A stretch of 64,000 nucleotides of DNA from Phoronis australis (taxonomy: Eukaryota > Animalia > Phoronida), in contig NMRA01000199.1 in NCBI GenBank assembly GCA_002633005.1, positions 256,995 to 320,994 on the forward strand. Reading direction: 5' to 3'. Made by a program: the position numbers and the translations under genes. This document shows, in pieces, positions 13,201 to 24,172 of this stretch. Below the pieces are notes generated by a model. That model ran no database searches. It saw only the letters and a program-made list of their open reading frames with translations, and had not been told where the DNA came from. Positions within the stretch are counted from its first letter, which is position 1; each line of letters begins with the position of its first letter.

Positions 13201-16200
13201 ATCGTGGGTAGTCTCGATTCGGTAAATGAAGGGCTTTGGGACAGGGGAAGGTTAATTAAAGTGCTTGCTTTTATCTTATGTTACCCTTCTCGAAATTTTA
13301 AATATGCGACAGACTCACAACATCATCAAAACAATCCCATGCCCCAGTTTTACAAGGCAGAGGGCCTAATGAGTGTTTCTTCTTTAGATGTCGGCTGTTT
13401 TAAGACACTGCCAGTTTCCGCCATTTGTATTTATGTTGACCTCTGTTGCTGCGCATGCGTTGTTGTAATATCTCTAGCATTATAATGATAACCCTTTTTA
13501 TTCGTTTTAAGCGTTTCATTCGGACCTAGAATTAAATGCATTTTTTGACAATTTTTGCACATGTTGAAAGCTCAGAACCTTTTTAACTTAATGTCACAAA
13601 AAATGGCTAAAACCGGCAGCGTTAACAGATTTTTGGCTAAAACTTGATCCATAGGCCTTTAACCGTTGAATGGACTACATGCAGTGCTGAGCTTGAATAA
13701 ATAAAAATAAGAAAACAGTCATGACAGTATTTCCAAATAGCACACTCTCACCCCATGTAAATTTGCTATTTGTAACTCTCAAAGTCTACTGACAACCCAA
13801 TGACTAGGTTTGTCAATCACAGTTCGATTTTAGATAGTTTTGCCCGTTACAAACTGCTCCAGATACAAATATGCATTGACAACACTAAGCACCATTATAA
13901 AATGCCTGTGGGTTAAGTTTCTGGCACAAATCGTGTACACTGATGGGTGTTGGATGTTGTAGAGGGGAGCCATAGCTTTGGAAAGAAAATATTAAAAGGT
14001 TGTTCCACACGGCTTGATTTTGGAAGCACTCATTAGACTCTCCGCCTGGTGAACTGGATGGTTATTTTCTTAATACCGGGTGTGGAAGGGCAATGCCGAG
14101 TATTCAAAATTCCGAAAAATGGTATGTAAGACGCAGGCAAGGACTGTCGTCAACCTTTCCAGCCTCTTATTCACCCATTGAAGACTATACACGTCACTGC
14201 AAAGCCAAAATGCCCAGTCACCTGAGATGTAATGTGCTGAACCTTGAAAAAGAGGTTAACGCCCCTACTGATCTGCCCATGACTACGTCCCGTTACCTTT
14301 GAGGAGGTCCCACTTACCCTGTAATAATGATATGACCAATCATTTGGGGCTGCATTTTGACAAGATTTCTCCACTCAATGACGGGCATCAAACCGGATAG
14401 GATATTCCCACCCCCTCGCACGATCTTGCGTGATTTCACTTTTCTCGCAAGAAATTTGGTCCACGGAAAGCAATTCGCAGTTTTGCTTTCATTCACCTTC
14501 AGGTTGTTATCGCTCATCCACTGTTTTTTTTTTTTTTTTTGGTCTAGCTAGCTGACCAGAGTAGAATCCCTGGTAGTGAAAATGCATAGATAATTTGGTA
14601 ATCCACGTCCTAAGTCCAGCTGGTAGTAATCGAACCCACGACCACCAAGTGGCAAAGAGGGTCTCTCCAACCACAATAACATTCAAATTCAGTCAGTCAC
14701 AACTTTGACTGTGTAGATTTCTCTCGACCCGGCGACTCGAGCATCAGTGCATTTAACAACAACTATATTATCACATTCGGTGTGTAAGCTGTTCAGTCCA
14801 GATTGATAGTAATCTCGTCATTGGAAATCGCCAAGAAATGATTACGTCACCTCGCTAAGGCGAACTTCTCTACTTTGAAGCAGTACCTGAAACAGCCGAC
14901 TGTCTCGAGTTGCCTCCAGCCTCGTCCCCAAGCTTCAAGATGGCGCTGATCAGTTGAGCCATTTGAGGCTTGGTTATGGGAAATGAAGTGTGTCAGAATG
15001 GGGCTATTCGGTGTCGCTGCTGTACCAGTGGTGATTGAATTGCGGATGCGTCGCTGTCTGCATGTAAACAGCTGGTAAAAAGACGGATTCTTATCAAAAT
15101 ACGTCGTCGCGCAAAGCCCTATTATTGCTATTTTCCCTGGTGCAAGTCTTCGACAGGTGGTCACAAATTACCAAAAGACCTACAGTTACTACATTCGTGG
15201 AGCATTGCGGTCAAAAGGGTCAACCAACTGGCAAAAAGTCTGTGGATGCCGAAGCCCCTTTGGAAGACTACATAACGTTACTTGGTAAGTTTTTAGCAAT
15301 CAAGTTTCTATCGACATCGTTCGGTGATGCTATCCTCACTAGTTACCCCACTGAATAACGGGTTTATTGAATGGGACTAAGTGTTTCTTTTAGGAAATTC
15401 ACCCAGGACTCGGATGCCGGGTAGGCTAGCAGCACATATTCATATATTGTCCTCCAGGGGTGGGAATGCGCCCAATTTAAGAGGTTTATGGTACGTGACG
15501 CTCAGAAGTCATGGGTTACTTTTTCACAGCAGTTTCTCTTCAAAGCTATGCTATGTCCAATAAAATTCTCTAGATGAGTGAGTTTCCTTATTTTATAGCG
15601 GACCCCACCCCCAGGACTACCAGATTAGTTACCGAATTAACATGAATAAGCTATTCAGTAAACGTCATAACATTGCATTGGGATAAAAATTCACACCTAG
15701 AATGAATTTTACTTGTTCAGGTCAGATGCACAATTCAAGTGTCGTTAAAAAAAACACATTATTAAATCACTTTTAGCCTGTTTCACATTAGTTTAATTCA
15801 GATCTTAAGGTTGACTTGGGTACAAAGATTATTAGTTTCTACATATAAACATGAAGATGAAACGTCAAGTATGTTCTGCCTTAATAAAGTAGATTTGTCT
15901 TGGTGCTTTTTTTATAATTTTTTAATATTTCTCTGACTATACTGTTACAGGTGAGAGAAAACGACTGAAACCAGCCGCCTGACCGTCTATTTTACCTTTG
16001 GACAAAGTGAAAAGCAATCCTTCAGCAATGACCTGAGAGAATTGAACCTAATTCAGAAATTCAGCCCTCGATATGCCTGATTATGGACTTCGTTGCGTGG
16101 GAAAATTACAATTATTTTTAACAATGTTGTTTCTTTATATACTTGTCTTGCATGTGGAACTTTTGTTGTGGACAAGTTAACACAAAACTTAAAAGTGTTC

Positions 16201-18750
16201 AAAGGCCCTCTCATTAAAGCTCAAAAATAATTACACGCACAAACAAATCAAATGTAAACAAAGAGAATACTTCATTTTGATAGCTGCACATTTCTTAGAC
16301 TAGAGGTCAACAGGAAAACGACAATTCGCAAGCGTAATCGCTAATCATTTCAGCTTTATAAAGAATAAGCACAACTGCACTGTATGAGGCTTTAAAACTG
16401 AGGAAATACTGTGGTTCCAAGAATTAGTGACAAACTTGCCTGTTGATGAAAAATTTATTCGATCATCAAAGTGTAACATTAATGGGTTTTCTACTGACAA
16501 TAAGACAATTGATGCAGTCACTGAATGTTATTTCCCCATAATGTGTACCAAATTGAAAAGTTTTTACCATTTGTATAAAGCCTTTCTTCTGAAAAGAAAA
16601 ATTAATGTCACTCAGTGAGAAAGGACAGGTATTTATACCAGATGCTTTTGATTTTCATTTCACAGAGATCTAGTTTCAATAGCCTATAGAAGCGCTTGTA
16701 AAAAAAGTTTGGCACGTGGCTTTCCTCCAGGTAACCTCATTCAGCCTCAATTAGATCATTGAAGGTAAACACAACAGCATATCACTTGACACGTTTTGTG
16801 TCCAAAATCTGACCCTGAACTAGACCAGAGTTTCACTACGCCTTTAGTTTCAATCCAGCATGTTTCTTCCAGGAAACGAAATAAGCTATTGTCCACACAT
16901 GACTTATTGCCTATGAAAGGGCATCCTCACCAAAGAGGCTGACTTGTGTAACTGTCAGATATACTTCCTCTTCATACACAAACAACACGTTGCATTATGG
17001 TAACTTCGTACTGCGATTCACATTTCACCAGGGCCACTGACATGTACGTTGTGCCATGCAACACTCGGCTTATGGTGTGAGGAAATGATGTGGGAAGAGA
17101 AAGGAGTAACAAAGCTCGTCCGTTGTCTCCGATGAAGAAAGTTGGCTTTAAAAACATCTACACTGGATACGAAGATCTTGTTGGTTAGCTGCAGTCTATT
17201 GCTTAAAACCATTTTTTGTCCATTCAGGGTCGATGCAGAAGCGATGCATGTCTCCTCTGCACGGTACAAGCCCTCAAACCTAAAAACCAAAGGTCACGTG
17301 AAAAAAGACATGAAAGATTTTCATCTCAACGTGTAATAATTTTCCGGGAGACATAGGATAGGGAGTAAACAAATAGTATAATGTATATTTACTTACCCTT
17401 TGACATGGCATTGGGCTTGGATTGTAATCTCACTAACCAATATCGAGTTAAACATTCAGCATTCATTGATGTAACTGTCACTGATAAACCATTTCTAACA
17501 ATAATACTGCTTTGATGTACGAAAAGATCCCGAGTGAATTCAAGTATCGTAACACGCATTACAACAAACAAAAATTAACCCGACTGGCGACTGCCGCGAA
17601 GTCAACATCGGCGAGTATCTCAGTTAACAGGCAACAGTAGAATAAACGTGGAATAATCTTTAAAATAATCACAAAACTTACCTTTGTATAAGGTCGTGCT
17701 TACTTTCTCTCATAGAAACACCCTTTTCACGCAATCTCAGATTCAGTGGGCACGCCTACAAGCCATTTCACAATGTATTTAAAGGGATCGCAAAATCGAG
17801 GCTGTTAATCTATCACCACTAGTACACGCGCGCCCTCTAGTTAATGTAAATTTTCCGAATAGCCCCATTCTGACATATTTTTACGAAATTTACCGAAATA
17901 TCACGAGTAATATAAAGTTATATCAACTTTGAAGGTTTCTGCAGTATAATATAAAAATGAAAACTAATGGTATATTGCAGCAATATGGGTCTAGGTCATT
18001 GCAAAAAGGATGTATTTGGATTCGAGAGTTGATCAATTTCTATGACACTATTAATAAAACAGAAACGAAAATAAGTACGCCAACAACCTTTATTTCAAAC
18101 AATAACCTAAATAATGCCTTCTACTTCATGAATGGCAGCAACAAGGCCTGTGAAAGTAATTAAAGTCTGCCTTTGTTTTAATGACGTCAAGACAGCGGCA
18201 GTTTCTTAGCGTTGAAGTCTTATTATAAGATCTTCAAAATTTTAGAATCACGTATAAAAATATGGATTGAATAATCATTCTTTTCATAATTGTAACTTTC
18301 ATGTGCAAGTCTTTGTATTCTTGTAACATAGTAAAAAAATGGAAAATCGTAAAAACGTATCAGACCGGATCTGATTTATAAATCCAGTGCATTACTCTTA
18401 CAGCTATTTGGTCATCGTCAACGGCTCGTCCAAAGTTAAAGAATTCTTGTCCAAGGGTCACGCTGTAGCCAGTCGCCCTCTTCTTCGTCGGGTGAAGATA
18501 CACAACCCCCAATTTCTGGGTAATTTGTTTTTATAACGATGATGACGACTTTGACAACGACGGTAATGATGATGATGATGACAATAATGATGATGATATC
18601 CTGATGATCTTATGATGATGATGAAGATGATGATGATTATAAGGATAATGATGGTGAGGATGATGATGATGACAATAATGATGATGATATCCTGATGATC
18701 TTATGATGATGATGAAGATGATGATGATTATAAGGATAATGATGGTGAGG

Positions 18751-18781
<31 letters not shown>

Positions 18782-21700
18782 CGATGATGATGATGATGAT
18801 TATAAGGATAATGATGGTGAGGATGATGATGATGATGACGGTGATGATGATGACGATGATGATGATGATGATGATTATGGTGAGTGATGATGATGATGGT
18901 GATGATGATAATGTTGATGGTGATGGTGATGATTGTGATGATGATGGTGATGATGATAATGTTGATGGTGATGGTGATGATGATGGTGATGATTGTGATG
19001 GTGATGGTGATGATGAAGGTGATGGTTATGGTAATGGTGATGATGATGGTGATGGTTATGGTGACGGTGATGATGATGGTTATGGTGATGGTAATGATGA
19101 CGATTATGACGATGGTGACGATGGTGAAGATGGTGTTGGTGATGATGATGGTGATGGTGATGTTGATTTGTGATGATGATGATGATGACGATGACGATGA
19201 TGGATGGTGATGATGGTGATGATGATTATGATGATGATGGTAATGATGAGTTTTTGGTGTTAATTTCAAAGTATAAATAATACCGGTGATCCAAATAATT
19301 TACATTCAATAAGTTTAACATCTACTGTATCAATACAGGAACCCATCACATCGTTAAAGGGAAACGGTTAAGTTTATGCCAGTAGGCCTCAGTCGTGTTA
19401 TTGTATAGGCTATTTGATTTTTTAAAGTTAAAAGGTTTCCATAACAACTGAAAGATCCAAGTTTATCGAAGCATTTGATGCATGAGTAATTTGATATGAC
19501 ACAAGTGAACCCACAGTTTTCAAATCGCGCAGTTAAAATATCTTTTTAATTGCAGGATTAGCGGACATTCCTTATAATTCGACATGGAAAGAGCAGCGAA
19601 AATTTTGTTTGATCCAGCTGCGGAATATAACTTCCAGTGTGAAATTTGACGAAATCTTGCAATCTGAAGTTCAGTGTATCTTAACGAAACTCAGCGAAAC
19701 TTGCGAAAAAGAGTTCGACCCAATCCCTATAATACAGAACTCTGTTTCAAGCATAATATGCCAAATCGTGTTGGGGAAAAGTTTCGAAAATAACGACAGG
19801 TCATTTGGACAACTTGTGAATCTTGTTCAGGAATCACTTCAGTTGACTTCGGATTCTGCATTAGACGACAACGTTTCTTGGATTCACAAATTTCTTCAGA
19901 AATCTGACGATGATAAAATCCTGAAAGTAAGAACGGAGCTGATGAGTTTCATACAGCGGTATATTGATGAAAGCGACTCGGGTAATCTGAAGAGCGATAT
20001 CAGTGTCTTACACAAATTTTCCGAGCAGATGCGCCTGGGTGATAAGGAGAGCTTCACTTCAGAACAACGCCTCTACCTGTTGCTGGACCTGTTTAACGCC
20101 GGATCTGAAACGTCAATGCTGTGGCTACAGTGGGCTTTATTGTATATGATTAATAACCCTGACTGTCAGCGTAAAGTGCACGATGAGCTCGATCGACATG
20201 GCGAGCAATGTATTCTATACAAGGACTCTCCCAATCTGCCCTTTACCGAGGCAGTTTCGTTGGAAGTTCACAGAAAAGCCAGTGTGGTGCCACTGTCTCT
20301 ACCGCGCACGACGATTCGTGACGTAACGGTCGGAAAGTACACGATCCCTAGCAATACTACGGTAAGTTACAGAAGTGATTCGGGATGTTGGGATAGGGGC
20401 GTTAGTTCGAAGAGCCCAGCTTAACGCGGAAAGGTCATTACTCCGAAGATTGTATTGTCGGTGTATTGACTCTCTTGAACAATTTGTACACCATCTTGTT
20501 TTATTCAAAAATGGTCGAACAACATATAAATTTTGTAGTCAGAAATATATCCAGAGGCCTACGATTTGCATTTTTATTACAGGTACGGGCAGGGTTGGGG
20601 TTTTAGTCAGGTACGCGCAGGGTTGGGGTTTTAGTCAGGGCCGCGTATGTTTAAAGCCTACCGAGAACGGAGTTTCAGATTTGCAATTTGGTACACTGTT
20701 AGGTATAAACAAAGGAAATTCAAAAAACACCGCAAACAAAGTGTGTTTACCTCCTGGTGGTCGTTACGTGCAAAATCCAATATGGCCGCTTCCGAAAATG
20801 GAAATCTGCATATGTCAGCTTTTATTATCACTAGAACAAATTCTAATATCATCTTTTCAATATTTTGGGGGGTGAGAAGTTCATTTCTGGTGTTGGTTTT
20901 ATGTTTTGAGGTCAATTCCAATGCAAAGGATACTTTCAAAGCAACTGCCATTCAAAATAACTCAAATTTATATTTGTTCTCATAGAAGTTACTTTGTTTA
21001 ATTAATGTGTATATCAATGTGATTCACCGCACAAAATTCTAAAATTAACATTTTCCAAAACCAGTCACAAAGTGCGCCATTTTTACTTTCCTCTCCGCTA
21101 TAGGGCAGACTAGATAGTCTATCAGAGTCTTACCAAAATAAAAACGCGAGTTCAATCACTCACACTTAGCCCAGCAAAATGATAGTTGAAATTGCCTTTT
21201 CGTACCATATTGCTTCACCCAGCAAAAACAACAGAAGCGGTCGAGACCAGTTGAATTGAATAGAAACCAATATTGTGTGATGATGTTGTTTGCAGCTCGT
21301 TGAGTAAAAAGGTGATTTTGGCGGTGACCTAGAGAAAAGCCAAACAGTTTATTACATTTGTTAATTTATGCCACTGATGAGCTCAGAGCGTTGCTCCGCA
21401 TACTGTAGAAACTAAATTTTTAGCTGTTACCGTTCAAGACCACTTTTAAAGCAATTTCATGAAAGTTGAAAATTGTATCTAACTTACACCATAACTATAG
21501 TTGACACATCCTTAGTTTTTGTACATGTTTTACTTTAAGTGACCTTGTGCAATGTGTACTGTTTATTAAGAGCCCTCAAATTAAGAATAAATGTGCTTTA
21601 ACACTTTTTCCTTTTAGCGAAAAAGTTAGATATCTCGCAGCCTCAAATTTCATCTCGTAAGTGATTGATATGCGAATGTGCAAACTTCAGTATAACGGAA

Positions 21701-22814
21701 ATCACGTGACTTTCAAAATGATAAGCAATATTATTGACGTTCGCGCATTATCGGATGCCTTTATCTCCGACGGGAAATTTGAGGCAACGCAAATACCCGA
21801 AGTGTTCGCGATTATCCGGAATGACACTTTTAGGCATTTTAAACACCCTGAGTATTTTCGTAGCCTCAAATTTTCCCTCGAAGGTGAACGTTATTTGCGC
21901 AGGTGCAAACTTCAGTGATACGGCAAGTCAAAGTGGTCGTAGTGAATGAAGTCCGCAAATTTGCAGATAAGATTCATCCATGAACGAAAATGTGAGGCAA
22001 CGAAAATTTCCGAGTTGTTCCGGATGCTCATTGGGAAGCAGAAAAAACACCTGATCATTTCTAATGGCTGATTGTTATTAAATGACTGTCAAGGAATTAA
22101 ATTTCGTGTTTCAAAAGTATATGATTGAGTTATAGAGGGCCTCGCTGAAAAGGTACAGGAGAACGGGCAGTCTATATTAATTTAGAATGCCCACTTTTTA
22201 GGCACCATATTGAATTTCTTTAATGAGTAATTTTAAATTATGAGATGTTAAAAGCTTCATTTTCCCCCGAATGGCGTTAGTCCTTGTCGGATAGGATTGT
22301 TAATTGCCATTCTCATAATTCCAGGTAATGACCAATCTGTGGTCGGCGCATTGTGACAAGACCGCCTGGAAAAATCCACGTGAATTTGACCCTGAGAATT
22401 TCCTCGATAAAGATCGTAACGTAATCAACAAGGAACACGTAATGCCTTTTTCCCTCGGTAAGCACACCTGCTAAACAAATCCAGCAGTTTTAGATCGTTT
22501 GTGGACACACTCGCATTTAACATCTATGCCGAGCTAATTAGTTTCAGTTAGCACGGACAATTCAGTAGCTTTGCATCAAAATGACTTAAGTCCTTTTTAT
22601 TTCAGGAAGTCGACGATGCGTTGGGGAGCACCTTTCTAAAGTTACGTCGTTTGCTTTCTTCGGAAACATGATGAGGGAATTCACATTTCTACCACCAGAG
22701 GGTGTTGACAAACTTAGTGAAGACGGTGTTTTCCGAATCACCCATGCTGCTAAAGACTTCAAACTGAGGGCAATCCCCAGATTTCAAAATAATAACACAA
22801 AAGAAATTCTTTGA
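9951..22814 (+). CDS. Cytochrome P450, clan 2 (CYP2-like, microsomal), complete, 5 exons, 504 aa: join(9951..10201,18404..18519,19556..20361,22325..22457,22606..22814)
   Basis: N-terminal anchor MFDVAILLLCLTFALLL; C-helix WKEQR; I-helix DLFNAGSET; K-helix EVHR; FDPENFL; heme motif FSLGSRRCVG. All introns GT-AG and phase-consistent; 1515 nt total. Confidence 0.95.
11942..12424 (-). pseudogene. PIF/Harbinger (ISL2EU-like, DDE_Tnp_4-type) transposase fragment
   Basis: YKSHSTAKYMVAIAP...GSD...SGFL..L...DKVMADRGF...IPAF...VRIHMERAIQRLK catalytic-core motifs; N-terminal part missing. Confidence 0.88.
12873..13200 (+). mobile_element. L2/CR1 LINE reverse-transcriptase 3' remnant nested in the DNA transposon
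   Basis: QWMSDGSLRLYASK matches the WMxxNxLxLNxxKT motif; followed by degenerate frames. Confidence 0.45.
13950..14523 (-). mobile_element. L2-type LINE RT 3' remnant
   Basis: QWMSDNNLKVNESKT motif and a downstream H.TPVL-like segment; many stops and frameshifts. Confidence 0.55.
14524..14674 (-). mobile_element. tRNA-derived SINE with poly(A) tail
   Basis: Minus strand GTGGTTGG...GGTCGTGGGTTCGATT (B-box-like) and an A17 tail (T17 at 14524-14540). Confidence 0.55.
15099..16000 (+). pseudogene. Degenerate spliced THAP-domain gene (transposase N-terminus)
   Basis: YCYFPWCKSSTGGHKLPKD...WSIAVKR...LWMP, a deletion, then EDYITLL|G (intron 15285-15950, GTAAGT..TTACAG) ERKRLKPAA*PSIL, matching the THAP CxxxxC, W and AVPxIF-like box. 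Confidence 0.7.
16690..17770 (-). pseudogene. Degenerate multi-exon SAP/SWIM-like partner gene convergent with the THAP gene (second ISL2EU-like element, ~15000-17800)
   Basis: LRLREKGVSMRESKHDLIQR|GTAAGT resembles a SAP motif; second GTAAGT donor at ~17395; AE*..P.GKATC resembles a SWIM CxCxxGxxxC remnant near 16710-16750. Confidence 0.4.
18404..18519 (+). CDS. Clan-2 CYP exon 2
   Basis: TTACAG acceptor; YLVIVNGSSKVKEFL...ASRP; donor G|GTAATT; phase 2-1. Confidence 0.9.
18535..19250. repeat. Long imperfect (GAT/GGT)n trinucleotide microsatellite in CYP intron 2
   Basis: About 715 bp of GAT-rich triplets with internal higher-order duplications. Confidence 0.98.
19556..20361 (+). CDS. Clan-2 CYP exon 3
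   Basis: TGCAG acceptor; WKEQR to YTIPSNTT; donor ACG|GTAAGT. Confidence 0.95.
20570..20960 (+). mobile_element. Helentron/DINE-1-like non-autonomous element (tentative), with a ~29-bp tandem duplication at 20583-20641
   Basis: TTTTTATTAC start, ATTTGGTACACT and AAAATCCAATATGGCCGC motifs that I associate with this class. Confidence 0.4.
21630..22010. repeat. Compound inverted/direct repeat element
   Basis: TCG(C/T)AGCCTCAAATTTT (21634, 21858) alternates with its complement AAAT(T/G)TGAGGCAACG (21775, 21988); GTGCAAACTTCAGT is repeated at 21678 and 21903. Confidence 0.65.
22325..22457 (+). CDS. Clan-2 CYP exon 4
   Basis: TTCCAG acceptor; VMTNLWSAH...FDPENFLD...MPFSL; donor G|GTAAGC. Confidence 0.93.
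22606..22814 (+). CDS. Clan-2 CYP exon 5 (heme cysteine, stop)
   Basis: TTTCAG acceptor; SRRCVGEHLS...LRAIPRF...; TGA at 22812-22814. Confidence 0.93.
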
Positions 22815-23956
22815 ATGCATTAAACATTATTGCAGTCATATTTTCTGTAGATAAAATGTATATTCAGCTCAGAACTGACATAATAATTTTGCAATATAGA
22901 TAAACAATTTTAGGTACAATATTTAGTATTTTTGGTTTATGCGGGACAGCGTTCCGTTTTTGCTTTTACTTGGTAAAATTCTTTTGTCCTGCAGAGGGAG
23001 CATTGCAGAACCAATTGCTTCGAAATTTTTAATGTGTTACTTTACTGAATATAGCTATTGTGAAGTTGCTATCGGACGCATTTCTATCATTTTTCAATTG
23101 TGCTGAGGTTTTATTTTGAACAGGAAATGACGTGAATTTTTGCATGTGTACTCTTTAGCGTATGCTCTTTGAAATGCACACTAACAGTTTTTCTCATACC
23201 TACCGTTTTTAAGCTATTTGACTTTCAGTTAAAAATGAAAGATTTCAAATGTTTCGAAATTTTTGTGAAATTGAATTTTGAACGCGCTTTCAGAAAATGT
23301 TTTTCATTTTTCTCTAGGATGTCTCTTTTTTAATTATTTGTGGTATTTTGATGCCGCTGTCCCTTTGTTGACTGATTTTTGTTGCACTTTCCATGTCACC
23401 CAATTTCAGTCTCCAAATGTGCTTCAAAGTGAATAATATTTCTTTTCTTTCAAGCGTATGTTGTAAGACTGATGTCCCCCAGTGTGTCGGTGGTGTAACG
23501 GACTTAAAAATTATGTTCGTTATCGCATCGATGACAATTTTTGTTCGTCAACGTCGTTGTCTTTTCAGTCAGTTTCGCCAAGTGTCGCTCGTCCGAGCAC
23601 TATCCTTTTTTATTGCAATACAAGTATAAGAGACAATAAAATAATAGTGTAACATAGAATTAGCACAGAAAACGAATCATTATATCTAGGTTTATATACA
23701 CATAGCGATAACTTAGTAAAGTAAAAAACATAGTGATGAGCAAAAACACAAAGAAAATAACGAAAAAAGAGAAATCATAAGATATTAAAGTTCTAACATT
23801 CTAATAATACTCAGCATATTGCAGAAATATATTTATATATTATGTAGATATCAGTTATATTTATATATTATGTATATATCAGTACAGTTCGGCAGCAACC
23901 TTTCTTTAACACAAACTTCGTTTGAACACGACTTAACTTATTTGAAAGCTTGATAC

Positions 23957-24172
23957 AGGGTCAAACCTGGTGATAGATGGAATGTATTTATTTATTATCA
24001 GAATATAAAGTCACGTCACCTTGTCATGAAAAACAAGCGCAGTCGTGAAAGATTACGACCAGTGGCCAAATGTAATTTTGTTTACCAATTCTCATGTCAT
24101 ATGGGCGAATGTGAACAGCGTTAAATTTGACACACGGTGTGTTTTCTCTCGCGACGCTTGTCCATTCACCTG
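23957..24172 (+). mobile_element. Penelope-like (Naiad-type) retroelement GIY-YIG endonuclease remnant
   Basis: One frame reads IYYQNIKSRHLVMKN...CNFVYQFSCHMGECEQR*I*HTVCFLSRRLSIHL; YIG has decayed to TAA-ATT-TGA by two point changes. Confidence 0.7.

Larger units (their letters stand above)
11025..13660 (-). mobile_element. Decayed ISL2EU/PIF-Harbinger-like DNA transposon with imperfect TIRs, in CYP intron 1
   Basis: Right end ...TTTTTGGCTAAAACTTGATCCATAGGCCTT(TAA) is a diverged inverted copy of left end AAATGTCTATTGTTCGTGTTTTGGCTAAAAAT. Contains a DDE transposase fragment (-) and convergent YqaJ/PHD-like remnants (+) at ~11400-11710 (VTG..CD..FVV; CNIVWF..CTGLRKA..FC). Confidence 0.7.

Noticed and set aside
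16972-17290. MULE transposase remnant (FIGD..RA..FP..WH)
   Set aside because: Motifs are split over frames and the context fits an ISL2EU-like partner gene at least as well; unresolved.
18637-19269. Poly-His/Ile/Met/Asp ORFs of 108-210 aa
   Set aside because: Translations of the intronic GAT microsatellite.
24127-24130. In-frame TGA as selenocysteine in the Naiad-like fragment
   Set aside because: It aligns with the Gly of YIG (GGA->TGA) and has a TAA two codons upstream; ordinary decay.
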